Source: Octopus sinensis
Lineage: Eukaryota
Assembly: GCF_006345805.1 (NCBI RefSeq)
Contig: NC_043004.1
Location: 102,176,001 to 102,240,000, forward strand
DNA length: 64,000 bases
Direction of reading: 5' to 3'
Shown: positions 1 through 12,499 of the stretch, one piece after another
Layout of the letters: each line of letters begins with the position of its first letter
How positions within the stretch are numbered: position 1 is the stretch's first letter
Translations under genes and position numbers: made by a program
Notes under the pieces: generated by a model
The model's database searches: none
The model's input: the letters and a program-made list of their open reading frames with translations, nothing else
What the model was told of the DNA's origin: nothing

Positions 1-720
1 GATAGATAGGTATTCCAAAAATGTGTTAAAAGGTCTGGATCATGAAATATTTTAAGGAATGAAATCATTAAATCATTACTTCTCAGTAACCACTATTGAC
101 AGGTTTCTCTCTATAAAATGCTCACCATTGGAGTTGGTAATGCTTCCTTCACTCTCTTTGTTCTGTACATTAATGGTTGACTTGTATTCAAATGCAAATG
201 GCAGTACATTACACTACTCTCATTTTCTGCTTTTGTTCTGAGATCTCATCTACCTTTAGATAGTTGTACACATCTTGCTGCAAGGCCATCACTATCTTAT
301 CTCATTCAGCTCTGACATTATAGATAACAAAGCACCATCCTCTCTATCCATTTAATAAAATCTAGCTAAATCCTTCTATAAATATTTGGCCTTACAATCT
401 CAGATAACCATTAACAGTGTTATGAGTAACAGCTTGCGTAATTCAGTTCCTAACATTACAAATCTTATTTTTTTCTCTACTTGCACTGTCTACATTTATA
501 TTTCTTCATAGATTCCTTATCTTCTAGTACAAATTGGAAGTTGGAGCTGTTGCCATAATTCTAAGATAATATGTGTAGGAGAATTTGGCAAACAAGAAAT
601 ATGTCTACGTTATATAGATTTACAGAAAGCTTAGCCGATGCTGCACTTTCTGTTGTCTTGAAAACAATGAGAAATGTCAAGGCTGAAGAAAACTAAGAAG
701 GCATATGAAGTCTTTTAAGC
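1..720. mobile_element. Heavily degraded RTE-like LINE reverse-transcriptase fragments (about 1-520 minus, about 530-700 plus)
   Basis: Plus 537-640 reads GVGAVAIILR*YV*ENLANKKYVYVI*IYRK, resembling the RT motif G.GT.DAIF.LR.L.EK......Y..FID..KAF; many stops. Confidence 0.4.
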
Positions 721-1067
721 CTCATCATATGGGTGAGGTTTAAAAGAGAGAGATAAGCAGCTAGGATTAATGGTCTGAAATGAATTGTTAATAAAAATTA
801 TAATTTTCAGTAATTCTAAAATCATCTTAGAAGTGATGCTGCTGCCATATAGTCATCATATAGGAGGAACTTGTGTAAGAGAACTAAGCTGTGAGGACAT
901 CTTGGACATTATGCAAGTTCTTTAACCCTTTGTTCCCTGTGGAGCATAGGCTGTTAATGACTTTTCTCCACTGTTCTCAACCCTGGGCTGTCTTTTGTGG
1001 TTTATCCATCCCTACTTGTGCTCTCTGGAAGAAGGCCCTCCTCTTCCAAGTCTTGTTTGTTTGGATA

Positions 1068-1098
<31 letters not shown>

Positions 1099-1215
1099 TT
1101 TGAAAAAGCAGAATCAAAATGCTACATTCTTAAAATTGGGTACATTTTTTAAATACTTATATAAATACATTAAAAGAAGAATGTTTTGGTTTCGTTTTAC
1201 ATGTTTCGGTTTTTG

Positions 1216-1252
<37 letters not shown>

Positions 1253-1274
1253 ATATCAGATATCAGAAAGCAGA

Positions 1275-1704
1275 ACCAAAATCGAAGTCGATCAACATCA
1301 ATGGAAATTGCAGCTGTGATACCAGTGCCGGTGTGACAAGTAAGTGAACCATCCGATCGTGGCCATTGCCAGTGCCGCCCCGACTGGCCTCCGTGCCGGT
1401 GACACGTAAAAAGCACCATCCGTTCGTGGCCGTTGCCAGCCTCGCCTGGCTCCCGTGCCGGTGGCACATAAAAAACACCATCCAATCGTGGCCATTGCCA
1501 GCCTCGCCTGGCCCCCGTGCCGGTGGCACGTAAAAAGCACCCACTTCACTCACGGAGTGGTTGGCGTTAGGAAGGGCATCCAGCTGTAGAAACACTGCCA
1601 GATCAGACTGGGCCTGGTGCAGCCTTCTGGCTTCACAGACCCCAGTTGAACCGTCCAACCCATGCTAGCATGGAAAGCGGACACTAAATGAAAATGATGA
1701 TGAT
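1275..1704 (+). mobile_element. RTE-tailed interspersed repeat (family B) with internal tandem units
   Basis: Repeated GTGCCGGTGGCACGTAAAAAGCACC units, then GAGTGGTTGGCGTTAGGAAGGGCATCCAGCTGTAGAAAC...CCATGCTAGCATGGAAAGCGGAC and a (GAT)n tail; about 10 copies in the window. Confidence 0.8.
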
Positions 1705-1837
1705 ACATACATACATATATATGGTTGTTATATTTTTTTGATAATATGATATTACAATATTACAATAACCAGTAATGTGTAGTGAATGTATAGGAATATT
1801 ACGATCATGAAATTAGCATTAGCTTTTCTCACTCTTT

Positions 1838-1905
1838 CTTGCGGAACTCCTAGGAACCTTTTGCAGAACCCTAGGGTTCCAGGGAACCCCGGTTGAGAGA
1901 CGCTG
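1838..1905. mobile_element. Probable hAT-type DNA transposon terminus
   Basis: GGGTTCCAGGGAACCCCGGTTGAGAGACGCTG resembles the hAT/Charlie-type end GGTTCCGCGGAACCC..GGTTGAGAAACACTG; partner end not found. Confidence 0.4.
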
Positions 1906-2899
1906 CCATAGATGGTGCTTTAAGTTATGTTTGTAATATTTGTCAGGCCCTGAAACCTTTGAATTTTGAGGTTTTCCTGTTCCATTTTTTGGTGTCTAAT
2001 AGAAGAAAGAGGTTAAAACCATGGCCGAGATAGAAGACACACATTTTGTTGTGCTTTTGTCTTTTTGTGGGTTCTTTGGTGCCTGACTTCTGAAAATGTA
2101 GGATAGAGGTGTTGCTTGCTGCGTATATTATCCGATGTTGTTACTGTGATGTGATGTGATGTGAGCATTGTTAAAGTTGTTCTTTTTGCTAATTACTTTG
2201 TATGGTGCTTTACTGTTTGTTTTGTTATTTATGTTAGATGTAGATGTTTACAAGGTTTTTGTTTAGTTTATTAGTTGTGTCCTATTTTAGTCATTTGGCA
2301 CTGAGTTTTACTTCTACTGTCAGTTAGTGTTGGCGTATTGTGTTCAAGGTTATCTTTAGTCCACAGTGAGATTTTTTTTTTTATCAGACTTTGATAAATA
2401 TTTCTTTTTATTTATGTGTGCATTTTTCCTGCATGTGTCCTGACTTCCGTTTTGTTTTTTTAAACTTAACTTTTTAATAGCCTGGTCTGAAGGAAGGAGC
2501 AGTACCCGTGCCTTTTGAAGGTCCTCTGAGACCAGTGAGATTGATGCTGTTAATGTTCTGCCTAAATTAGTGTGAAATCTATGAGCTGGGAGGGGTTTCA
2601 GAAGGCCAACTTTCCAGGGTGGAAGGACTGGATATAGTAATTTGTATGAGAGATGGGTTATGGGACACAACATGGTTGATAAGAAGAGAAGGAGGAGAGT
2701 TGAGTTAATCAGCAATGCCTGAGTGGAGTTAGCCCAACGCCAGTCTGCTGTGAGAAGTTGAGACCATTAAAATAGCAGTAGAGATGGTCATGAGTGAGCC
2801 AGGGGCTGGAATGTCCATGAAGGATATTACGCCAATCAGTTGAGACACCTTTGTTTGAGAGTGTGTATGTGTTTCTGCCTGTGTCTGTATACATACATA

Positions 2900-3253
2900 C
2901 TCTCTTTTACTCTTTTACTTGTTTCAGTCATTTTGACTGTGGCCATGCTGGAGCACTGCCTTTAATAGAGCAACTCGACCCCGGAACTTATTCTTTTTGC
3001 TGAACCACTAAGTGATGGGAACATAAACGCACCAGCATCGGTTGTCAAGCAATGCTAGGGGGACAAACACACACACACACATATATACATATATACGACA
3101 GGCTTCTTTCAGTTTCCGTCTACAAAATCCACTCACAAGGCTTTGGTCGGCCCGAGGCTATAGAAGACACTTGCCCAAGGTGCCACACAGTGGGACTGAA
3201 CCCGGAAACATGTGGTTGGTAAACAAGCTACTTACCACACAGCCACTCCTGCA
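2900..3253 (-). mobile_element. tRNA-derived SINE (family A)
   Basis: Reverse complement of the about 400-bp family: head GCAGGAGTGGCTGTGTGGTAAGTAGCTTG...GGTTCCGGGTTCAGTCCCACTG (A and B boxes), tail GAAACAAGTAAAAGAGTAAAAGAG. Confidence 0.85.
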
Positions 3254-3544
3254 TACATGTTCACATTTACTTTTTTACTTTTACTAGTGTTGGTCATTGA
3301 ACTGAGGCCATGCTTGAGCACTTTCAAAGGTATAACTCATTACAAATACCTTTGTGGTGTCTTGTTGTTGCACTTCTGAATGCAAGTGATACCCAAGTAC
3401 ACTCCTTGTTTCACTTTAACAAGGTCCATGCCAGTGACATGTAAAAGGCACCCAGAACACTCTGTGAAGTGGTTGGCATTAGGAAGCGTATCAACACCGT
3501 TTTGACCCTGTGCTTGAGGAGATCCATTGAGTCAAGTACACCAA

Positions 3545-3847
3545 CATCAAAATTCAATGGAGACTGCTGTTATGATCCCTGTGCCGGTGGCACGTAAAAA
3601 GCACCATCCGAATCGTGGCCGATGCCAGCGCCGCCTTGACTGGCTTTCGTGCCGGTGGCACGTAAAATGCACCAATCCGATCGTGGCCATTGCCAGCCTC
3701 GCCTGGCACGTAAAAAGCACCCACTACACTCACAGAGTGGTTGGCGTTAGGAAAGGCATCCAGCTGTAGAAACACTGCCAGATCAGCCTGGTCGAACCAT
3801 CCAACCTGTGCTAGCATGGAGAACGGACGTTAAACGATGATGATGAT
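3545..3847 (+). mobile_element. RTE-tailed repeat (family B)
   Basis: Same units and 3' tail as 1275-1704, ending TAAACGATGATGATGAT. Confidence 0.75.
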
Positions 3848-4927
3848 CAAGCCATAGAAACCAATCCTAAAACAAACTGGATCCTGGTGCAACGCTCCAG
3901 TTTACCATTTCCAGTCAAACTCATGCCAGCATGGAAAACATGTTAAATGATGATAATGATGAGATCACCTTAAAAGGTATCAGCCATTACATTGACTGAT
4001 ACCCTTTAAGCTGCTGTAGTATGGCCATAGTCCAATGACTGAAACTGGTAAAAGAATAATAATAAAAGAATATAAACATCATGATCATCTTCATGTAACG
4101 TCCACTTTCCCATGCTTGCATGGGTCAGACAGAATTTGTGGCAGATTTTTTTTATGATTGGATGCCCTTCACCTGTTTGCAAACAGGAAAATAATTCTGT
4201 CAAATAAAATACATAGGTTCTTTGTGCTTCTTGAAGATGATGTACGTGGGAAAAACGCAAAATATGGTGTCAGGGAATTCTAACAATTCTCTTCTCACTG
4301 ACTAAACTCAAAAAAACCATTCCTATTCATAAGCTACCCGTAGGCTCAAAAAGACCATAATTTTTGGCTGTGGTGGGAAAAGGTCTGATTGGATGACTTA
4401 AAGCATCCAATCGGTACACACAGGAATGGTCATGTGACCACTTGCAGAAAAGTCCTTGCTAGAGCCAAAAAGGGACCTCTAAGGCTAAAGAACCAAAACT
4501 TGAACATTGCATCACTACAATTTCAGTTTCTCACTTTCCATCTACTAAATCCACTCTCGAGGTTTTGGCCTGCCAAAGGCTATTGTAGAAGACACTTAGA
4601 TGTCATGCATTGGGATTGAACCCAAGACCACATGGTTGGGAAGCAAGTTTTTTTAACCTCACAGCCATGTCTGTGTTTATATGTGTGTATGATACTATGA
4701 ATATGTGTCAGCTTCCATTTACTAAATGTGTTTTGTAATATAGTATTTAAATGCCCTCTAACATACATTCATTCTCCTTCATAGAGCCTTTATATATATA
4801 CTCCCTAATATACATATCCCTATCTTTTGTATGCATTTCTCTGTTCTTAGGTACCATCTGCCATGCCATACACATATTCTGATATGGGCTCTTATGTTCC
4901 CATTTGAAAACAATATATATATATATA

Positions 4928-5326
4928 GGCGCAGGAGTGGCTGTGTGGTAAATAGCTTGCTAACCAATCACATGGTTCCGGGTTCAGTCCCACTGCGTGG
5001 CATCTTGGGCAAGTGTCTTCTGCTATAGCCCCGGGCCGACCAAAGCCTTGTGAGTGGATTTGGTAGACGGAAACTGAAAGAAGCCTGTCGTATATATGTA
5101 TATATATTTGTGTATGTGTGTGTGTTTGTGTGTCTGTGTTTGTCCCCCTAGCATTGCTTGACAACCGATGCTGGTGTGTTTACGTCGCCGTCACTTAGCG
5201 GTCCGGCAAAAGAGACCGATAGAATAAGTACTGGGCTTACAAAGAATAAGTCCCGGGGTCAATTTGCTCGACTAAAGGCGGTGCTCCAGCATGGCCGCAG
5301 TCAAATGACTGAAACAAGTAAAAGAG
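4928..5326 (+). mobile_element. tRNA-derived SINE (family A), full length
   Basis: Starts GGCGCAGGAGTGGCTGTGTGG, has an internal (TA)/(TG) tract, ends GAAACAAGTAAAAGAG. Confidence 0.9.
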
Positions 5327-5347
5327 TATATATAGATAGAATGTTAG

Positions 5348-5708
5348 CACTCGGTCACTTACGACGACGAGGGTTCCAGCTGATCCGATCAACGAAACAG
5401 CCTGCTCATGAAATGAACGTGTAAGTGGCTGAGCACTCCACAGACACGTGTACCCTTAACATAGTTCTTGGGGATATTCAGCATGACACAGAGTGTGACA
5501 AGGCTGGCCCTTTGAATTACAGGCACAACAGAAACAGGAAGTAAGAATGAGAGAAAGTTCTTGTGAAAGAGTACAGCAGGGTTCACCACCATCCCCTGCC
5601 GGAGCCTCGTGGAGCTTTAGGTGTCTTCGTTCAATAAACAACACCTGGTCTGGGAATCAAAACCATGCTCCTATGACCGCAAGTCCGCTGCCCTAACCAC
5701 TGGGCCAT
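5348..5708 (-). mobile_element. tRNA(Arg)-like headed SINE (probably octopus OR1/OR2 type)
   Basis: Minus strand begins ATGGCCCAGTGGTTAGGGCAGCGGACTTGCGGTCATAGGAGCATGGTTTTGATTCCCAG (A box, GCG anticodon loop, B box), followed by a non-tRNA body. Confidence 0.7.
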
Positions 5709-6189
5709 ATAGATAGATATAGACTATCAAACACACATACTGAATTTACGTGTTTTGCTTGTTCACTGGCAGGGTGCGATTTGACATAGTGGAGTAATAG
5801 CGAAATTGTGGTTTAAGCACAATATGTAACCCCATATAACTATTATTTTATTTTTGTAAAATTTGTATTCTACACACAAGAATTCACATGACTATGAAAA
5901 AATTTTTTTTTATTTTTCGAAATTTCAAAAATATTTTTTTAATTTTTCAAAATTAAAAAAAAAAAAAACTTGTTTTTTAAATCACAGTTTAGAATATGGA
6001 CAATCCAAATTTTTGGCTTATATACCCCACCAGTGTCAACTTTGCCTTTCATCCTTTCAGGGTAGATAAATTAAATACCAGTTGCATACTGGGGTCGATC
6101 TAAACGACTGGCTTCCTCCTCCTCCCCCAAAATTTCGGGCCCTGTGCCTAAAGTAGAAAAGTATATTATGGCGTTTGAACCTCAAGGAT

Positions 6190-6970
6190 ATGCCCTGACA
6201 CTTGCCACCATCTGTATCTCTATTCCCTTACTCGACCATTCCATTTATATTCTGATCCCCATCCCTTGTGAGTATGTCCAGCATTTTGCCACCATCTCTA
6301 TCCTGCTGTCTTCCTCTAACTCTCTCCTTCTCCTATGTGTGTTTGATAGTCTATATCTTCCCTCAGGCTGGGTAACCATGTATTTCCTTTGTGGTAGCTC
6401 ACCTGTTTCTGTCTTCATTCCCGATCTCTCTTTTTCTCTCTCTTGCCAGGTAACCTTATACTTCCTCTACAGCAAGACACCTGTTTCTGTCTCCCTGTCT
6501 CACTATAACTTTTCATCATCCAACACAAGATCACTTCCTCCAATACTCACTCCCCTCTTGAAAATTTTTTTTTTTTGTCTTGTGCAGGTTCCACTAAAAA
6601 GCACCCAGTCCACACTGTAAAGTGGTTGGTGTTCGGAAGGGCATCCAACTGTAAAAACCTTGCCAAAACTGACCTCGCCTGTGCTTGTGCCACATAAAAA
6701 GGACTAATTCCACTCTGCTGAGTGGTTGGTATTCAGAAGGGCATTCAACTGTAAAAACCTTGCCAAAACTGACCTCGCCTGTGCTTGTGCCCCGTAAAAA
6801 GGACTAATTCCACTCTGCTGAGTGGTTGGTGTTAGGAAGGGCATCCAGCTGTAAAAATCCTGCCAAAACAGTCACAGAAGTCTGGTGCAGGCTTCTGCCT
6901 GGTCAGCTCTTGTGAACCCATCCTATCTATGCTAGCATGGAAGGCAGACGTTAAACAATGACGATGATAT
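6190..6970 (+). mobile_element. RTE-3'-related element with a 100-bp internal tandem triplication
   Basis: AGTGGTTGGT... units start at 6621, 6721 and 6821; ends ATGCTAGCATGGAAGGCAGACGTTAAACAATGACGATGAT. Confidence 0.65.
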
Positions 6971-7283
6971 ATATATATATATGTTGATTCATATTCTATA
7001 TGTGTACTGTGATATATGTTCTTATGTGTTCCTACATGTAATATACATGAAACCTCTTTACAACCATGTCATACATGAATCCTTCTATGTCATACATGTG
7101 ACTTTGTATACATGCCATTCTGCTTTCTCCCATGTAATAATTCTTTCTATCCATCTATTTACATGTGTGATTTAATGTATGTTGTTAGGAAGTGCACGCA
7201 TGCTCAAATATTAAATAATCCAATTCATCAATTATTCAGCTGGAGTTCATTTCATTTCTTTATTGATCTCGTTCTTGTTACAG

Positions 7284-7438
7284 GAAGAAAACTCAATTCG
7301 AAGAACCACCCTGCAACCCTTGCAGAAACGTGAAGTATTTCATTGCAATTCTAGCATTAGCAGGATTAATTGCCGTTGCCTTGGTTACTTTTATTCTCTT
7401 GCACCAAGTTGAAAACTTAAAGAAAGAGTTCGAATCGG
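7284..7438 (+). CDS. Putative internal coding exon of a type II membrane protein (CxxC, TM helix, heptad segment); parent gene unresolved
   Basis: Acceptor TTCATTTCTTTATTGATCTCGTTCTTGTTACAG|G and donor CGG|GTAAAG; 155 nt = 1+51x3+1; open frame KKTQFEEPPCNPCRNVKYFIAILALAGLIAVALVTFILLHQVENLKKEFES. Confidence 0.6.
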
Positions 7439-7683
7439 GTAAAGACATTTTACTGCTTTCCTCTTGAATTCTCTCTCTCTCTCTCTTTTTTTTTTTGAGA
7501 CTTAACCTCCCTTTTATTTGTTCTCATTTTAATTAACATGCTTCTAATTAGCAATAACACTGCACTAACCACAGATGTCTTGTAGCTTTATTTAATAACC
7601 CCTGCATTGTTTCAGTTCTTTGTAATGCATACATACATACACACACATATATATATATGTGTGTATATATATACATATATATA

Positions 7684-7716
<33 letters not shown>

Positions 7717-7736
7717 TATATATATATATATACAAA

Positions 7737-8296
7737 CTAGGTTGAGGAAAAAGTTTGTTTGCCATGTTAAAATAATGATTTTTTATGCAAGAATTTATTC
7801 AAAAACAACAACTATTCTTCAAAGTAAAGACTATCATTTTCTATGACCTTCTGCCAGTGATCTGTAAACTTTCGGATTCGAATCAAAAAATTCTTGACAG
7901 GCTTCTTCAACTTCATTGAATGACTCAAATTGGTAACCTTTCATAAAGTGCTGCATTGATTGGAAGAGACCATAGTGAGATGGAGCAATGTCTGGACTTC
8001 AGGCTGGATGCGGCAGAACTTCCACACTATCCAATTCTTCAATCTTGTTGCTGGTCTTTCTGGCGGTATGCATTGTCTTGTTGAAACAAAGTATGCTTTC
8101 GGCAAACAAGTCTTGGGTACTTTTCACCCAGCACATTCAATCTTTCCAATCCGATTTTGCTTTGGAACGGATCGAGGAGTTTGACCTTTTGGGACCCAAC
8201 GCTTGCTTCGACCATGATTGACCATGTTGACATACTTCTCATCCAACTGATCATTGAGCAATTTAATATGTCGCAAGAACTTTTTCCTCAACCTAA
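7737..8296 (-). mobile_element. Internally deleted mariner (Tc1/mariner) element
   Basis: TIRs TAGGTTGAGGAAAAAGTT (7738-7755) and AACTTTTTCCTCAACCTA (8278-8295); minus-strand KYPRLVCRKHTLFQQDNA and downstream HP.YSPD.APSDY-like mariner motifs. Confidence 0.85.
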
Positions 8297-8879
8297 TATA
8301 TATATGTATGTATATGATTTGGGTTTTTTATTTAATATTTTTCTTTTTTTGTGTGGTGGCTTTTAGGAAAGTTTTAAATTTATTTCAATGTAAATGTGAT
8401 TTGCATTTTTTTTAAGGGACGTTTAAAATCCCTTTAGTGTTTGACTCTGTTTTTACGGCCTTCAGTGGATGAATGATAAACCTTTTTCTATCCTTATCTC
8501 TACAGGTAAGGCATCGATCTACCATAGGTTATATTCTCTCATACCTCTGTCCCAAACAGCTTTGTAAACTGAAGCAATATAGGATAATGTGTTTTGACAG
8601 AAATACCATGCTACATCCAGGGCAAGATTGAACTCAAAACCTGTTGAATGTTAACCTAAAATCTTTTATCCACTTAGCCATCCTGCTTCTGTATTTTAAT
8701 TTTAATTGTTTATAAAGTATTGCAATGAAGTAGGAGGGATTTGTAATACAGATTTTTGCAAAATCCACTCACAAGCATCAATTTAAGGTTATAGAAGAAA
8801 CTTGCTCAAGATATGATACAGCGAGATTGAACAAGCTGTTTAGCAAGAAGTGATATTGTCATTTTATATCACATTTTGG

Positions 8880-9340
8880 GAACAATAGTGTTGTTGGTTA
8901 TAGATCTCCAATGTGTCAGTCACCAACTCATTGCATTGATGATGGCTAGATCAATAAGAGATAGTCTGTGCAAAATGTGGTGATGACAAAATTCTATCAG
9001 TGGTGCATCCAAAGTTTGCATCCCTGAGAAGTTTTGTGTATTGTGCCTCAATGCCTTGCATTTCCAGAGATTTCAATACTGCCTTCATCTTGATGCTATT
9101 GAAGGCCTTATTGTGTAGAGTGTGTGTGTATTTAATATATATGCTTACATACAAAAAAAAGTGTTCTTGACAGACTATGTGGTGAACTCCATAACAGAGT
9201 ACAAATACAAACCTGATGAAGGAGTTACCTTCAAAGCATGCTACAGGAGATATGAGCAAATCTTCAAGAAAGAATGTAAAGATTGAGATGATTTGATGAA
9301 AATGTGCTTAATCTTGAGAAAACTGGCAGCAACAAAACAT
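8880..9340 (-). mobile_element. Degraded RTE LINE RT fragment
   Basis: ORF 8951-9259 contains KAFNSIKMKAVLKSLEMQGIEAQYTKLLRDAN (KAFDS motif region). Confidence 0.65.
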
Positions 9341-9424
9341 GAATGATGCAGTAATTATATAATCCCAAGAAAACCTTTGGACATAAACTTTAATAACACA
9401 ATAGATTTATTGGGTAAAATTTTC

Positions 9425-9965
9425 TAGGATATAAATCGTCTGGAAACCATCCAGCGACGTGCAACCAAAAGAATACCTTCCATCAGGCATTTGCCATATT
9501 CTGAACGCCTTACTTCCCTGAGCATGGACACATTGAAACTCCGACGTCTGGCAGCTGACTTGGCAGACACCCATAAAATTATTAACCATCTTACTAACAA
9601 TAACTCTGAGCACCTTTTCAAACTCCACCTGTTTAACACCTGTGGACATGTTTACAAAGTCAGAAAACAGCACAGTTCCCATGACTTTTGGAAACATTTT
9701 TTCCATGCTAAGAGTTGCTGAAGTATGGAACAAACTACTGACATCAGATGTTAGTTGTCGGAGCACTGCATCCTTTAAAACTTCTAAGCTTCCTGAGATT
9801 CGCCAACACTACACCTGATTTTCTCCCCTCCATACACATGCAAGCATGTATCTGACTCATACACTGTTCACTTCCCAGACATTTGTACATTACTGCATAT
9901 GCTTTATACACACTTTTGACAAGTTGTAGTGCACCTGAGCACTATACAATAATTTAATTATTATA
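9425..9965 (+). mobile_element. CR1/L2-type LINE 3' end
   Basis: DINRLETIQRRATKRIPSIRHLPYSERLTSLSMDTLKLRRLAADL..., typical CR1 ORF2 C-terminus, then 3' UTR and an ATT-rich tail. Confidence 0.85.
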
Positions 9966-9969
9966 TTAA

Positions 9970-12497
9970 AAACGCTCATTGTTCAACACACACTGGAAGT
10001 ATCTGAACATTGAGAAAAACAACAATGAAGACTACATCACATAGGCTGGTAGAGTTAACAGGGAATGCATGAAGTTTAAGTTGGATGAATTCATGCCACA
10101 CATGTTCAAATGCTTGATTTTTACACAGGGACTTACTGCTGAAAAGGAGCAGAAGTTAGAACTAGAATTCTCGTAAAGCTGGAGCAAAAGCAGAATGTAA
10201 CCCTACAGCAAGTGTCAGAAGAATGTGAAAGGATAGTCAAATTCAGACACGACACAGAGGAAATTGAATGTGAAGATTGCTTCCAAGTAAAGCAAGCGTG
10301 AAATAGTCAGAAGAGAGATAAAGTGTTTTCTAAAAAATACAACAAAAATCAGGAAGTAAACCCATGTTTTGCATGTGGAGGTATATACCTGAGGAAAAAT
10401 TGTCCATTTAACCCTTTAATGTTCTAATTATTCTATCAAACATAATGTTTATTGATTCACATTGATTTGAATTAATCATGCATTATCTCATATCTTCAAG
10501 ATTTTGATGGTGTAATAACTTAATGTAGAATAACATTGTAGGGTAGGTGTGAGAGCCTGGATCTGGTCAGTTTGAACATAAAACAGATTAGCTATTTTGG
10601 CCAGATATGGCCGGTTTAAATACTAAAGGGTTAAAAAACATAACAAAGAGAAAATTTGTAAAAGTGAAAACTCGAAATACAAGTATAAAATTGAAGTTCA
10701 ACACAGGTAGTGACATGACTATTATATAGGTAAAAACATGGAAATATGTCAGTAAGCCAAATTTGATTAAATCTAAAAAGGTAGCACATGGTGTTATAGG
10801 AAAAAGATTATATTTTTTTCAGTGAATTTGAATGTAATGTAACTATTTGAGGTCAAACAAAAAAAGGCAAAGATTTATGTGTTCAAAGTTTCACTTAATT
10901 TACTTGGCACAGAGTGGATAGAACTATTCAATTTATGGGATATGCTCATAAGTGTTTTGTGTAGAAATATAGTCGCCTCTATCGAAGGTTCAAATGCTGC
11001 CGAGGGATTGAAACAAAAAATCACAGTAAAATAAAGTGGAACGTGGTAAAAGACAAGTTTATAAAGGAAACAAAAAGAACACTGGTCAACAAAAGAAAAT
11101 AGGAACAGGTTTGGTGCGAAATAAAACCAAGACATGAACCTATACTCAATGTGAGATGGTGTGCTGATATATGCACGAAGAGTAGTCATACCGGAAACAC
11201 TACAAAAGAAAATGTTGAGAGAATTTTACATCAGACATCCTGGTATTTCAAGGATGAAAGCTTTAATGTACAGTTATGTATGCTGGCCAAAAATGGACAG
11301 AGAAATCGAAAATTTGGTGGAAAGCTGTAGAGAATGTGCTCTAGCAGCAAAATTGCCCATTATAAAAAGTGAACCATGGCCAAAATGTAGATTTTTTGTG
11401 GTTGAGACTACACATCAATTTCACTGGTCCTTTAAATGGTTCTTGATACTTAGTGGCAGTTGATAGTTTTTCAAAATGGCCTGAAATTTGTAAGTGTGAA
11501 AAACGAACCTCTTGAACTGATAAATTTTTTACACGAATTGTTTGCAAGATTTGACATCCCAGACAAGATAATGTCTGACAATGGAATGCAATTTGTGTCT
11601 AGCAAATTAAAAAAAATTTTGTGAAATGTTCACGGTAGAACATATAACTACGGCACCGTACCATCCCAGATTTAATTGACAAGCAGAACCCCTTGTCAGT
11701 ACCTTCAAAAGCACCCTTAGAAAATCAAATAAGGAAGACACTGATGAGGTAGCTCTACAACAATTTTTAAGAGTGTATTGTGTGACACCAAATCTGAATA
11801 CACCAGCAGATAGCTCAGCAGCGGAGCTGATGTTTGTAAGGAAAGTAAAATCAGTCTTTGATAAATTGCTACCTGGCAAGAAAAGATAAAGTGTCAGCGA
11901 AGTCACAGCAAGATTCTTTAAAGTTGATGGAAAGGTGTATATAAGGGCATACAAGAATGGAAAGCAGAGTTGGGAAGATGGTGTAATTACAAAATGCATA
12001 GGTAAAGTGAAAGTAGAAAAAGCCTACAAAAGAGACACAAGAACTAATTGAAAAAGAGATTTGTGGAAAGTGAACCAGAGGAGTTGGAGGAACCGATGGA
12101 ATGGTTGTACAATATGTTCTAAGTACTGCCACTGCAGGTGATTGAACCCAGGTGTGTAAGTGAGAGGAAAAGAAAACATACAGAGTTCTTGAAAACAGAT
12201 GCCAAGCACAAAAAATATTAAATTGTACCAAAAAAACCAAAACTCAGAAAAGGGAGGTGGGGTGAATAAAAAAACTGATTGCTAAATAAAATGACACTTC
12301 TTGTGAAACACTTAAAAGAGGTGATGCTGTAGGGAATTAGCAATAATGGTACAGCACTCCCGTGTGACGAATGGAATAATTTAGTCACGATAAGTAAAGA
12401 GAAGTACATGAAATATGTGAGTACATAGTAGGCAGTCAAGAGATAGTCATGTCTTTACTAAGTATACTATATACTGAAGTGGGTGTTCAGTCCAACA
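9970..12497 (+). mobile_element. Degenerate Gypsy LTR retrotransposon (gag, protease and integrase; RT/RNase H apparently deleted; possible 3' LTR 12325-12497)
   Basis: gag-like FNTHWKYLNIEK...FKCLIFTQGL; protease-like NTGSDMTII near 10695; integrase zinc finger HPGISRMKAL...WPKMDREIENLVESCRECA (11161-11400) and DSFSKWPEI; purine tract CTTAAAAGAGGTGA followed by a TG...CA segment. Confidence 0.85.
10412..10630. mobile_element. TTAA-flanked (piggyBac-type) MITE nested in the Gypsy element
   Basis: TTAA|CCCTTTA...TAAAGGG|TTAA; a related partial copy lies at about 35385-35485 (minus). Confidence 0.75.
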
Positions 12498-12499
12498 TT

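Noticed and set aside
2340-2860. 119-aa minus-strand ORF 2356-2715
   Set aside because: No motif I can recognise and no exon-like boundaries; possibly old retroelement sequence.
4928-5000. tRNA-like heads (also at 5640-5708 and 60204-60290)
   Set aside because: They have A and B boxes but no complete cloverleaf or acceptor stem, and they continue into SINE bodies. Not tRNA genes.
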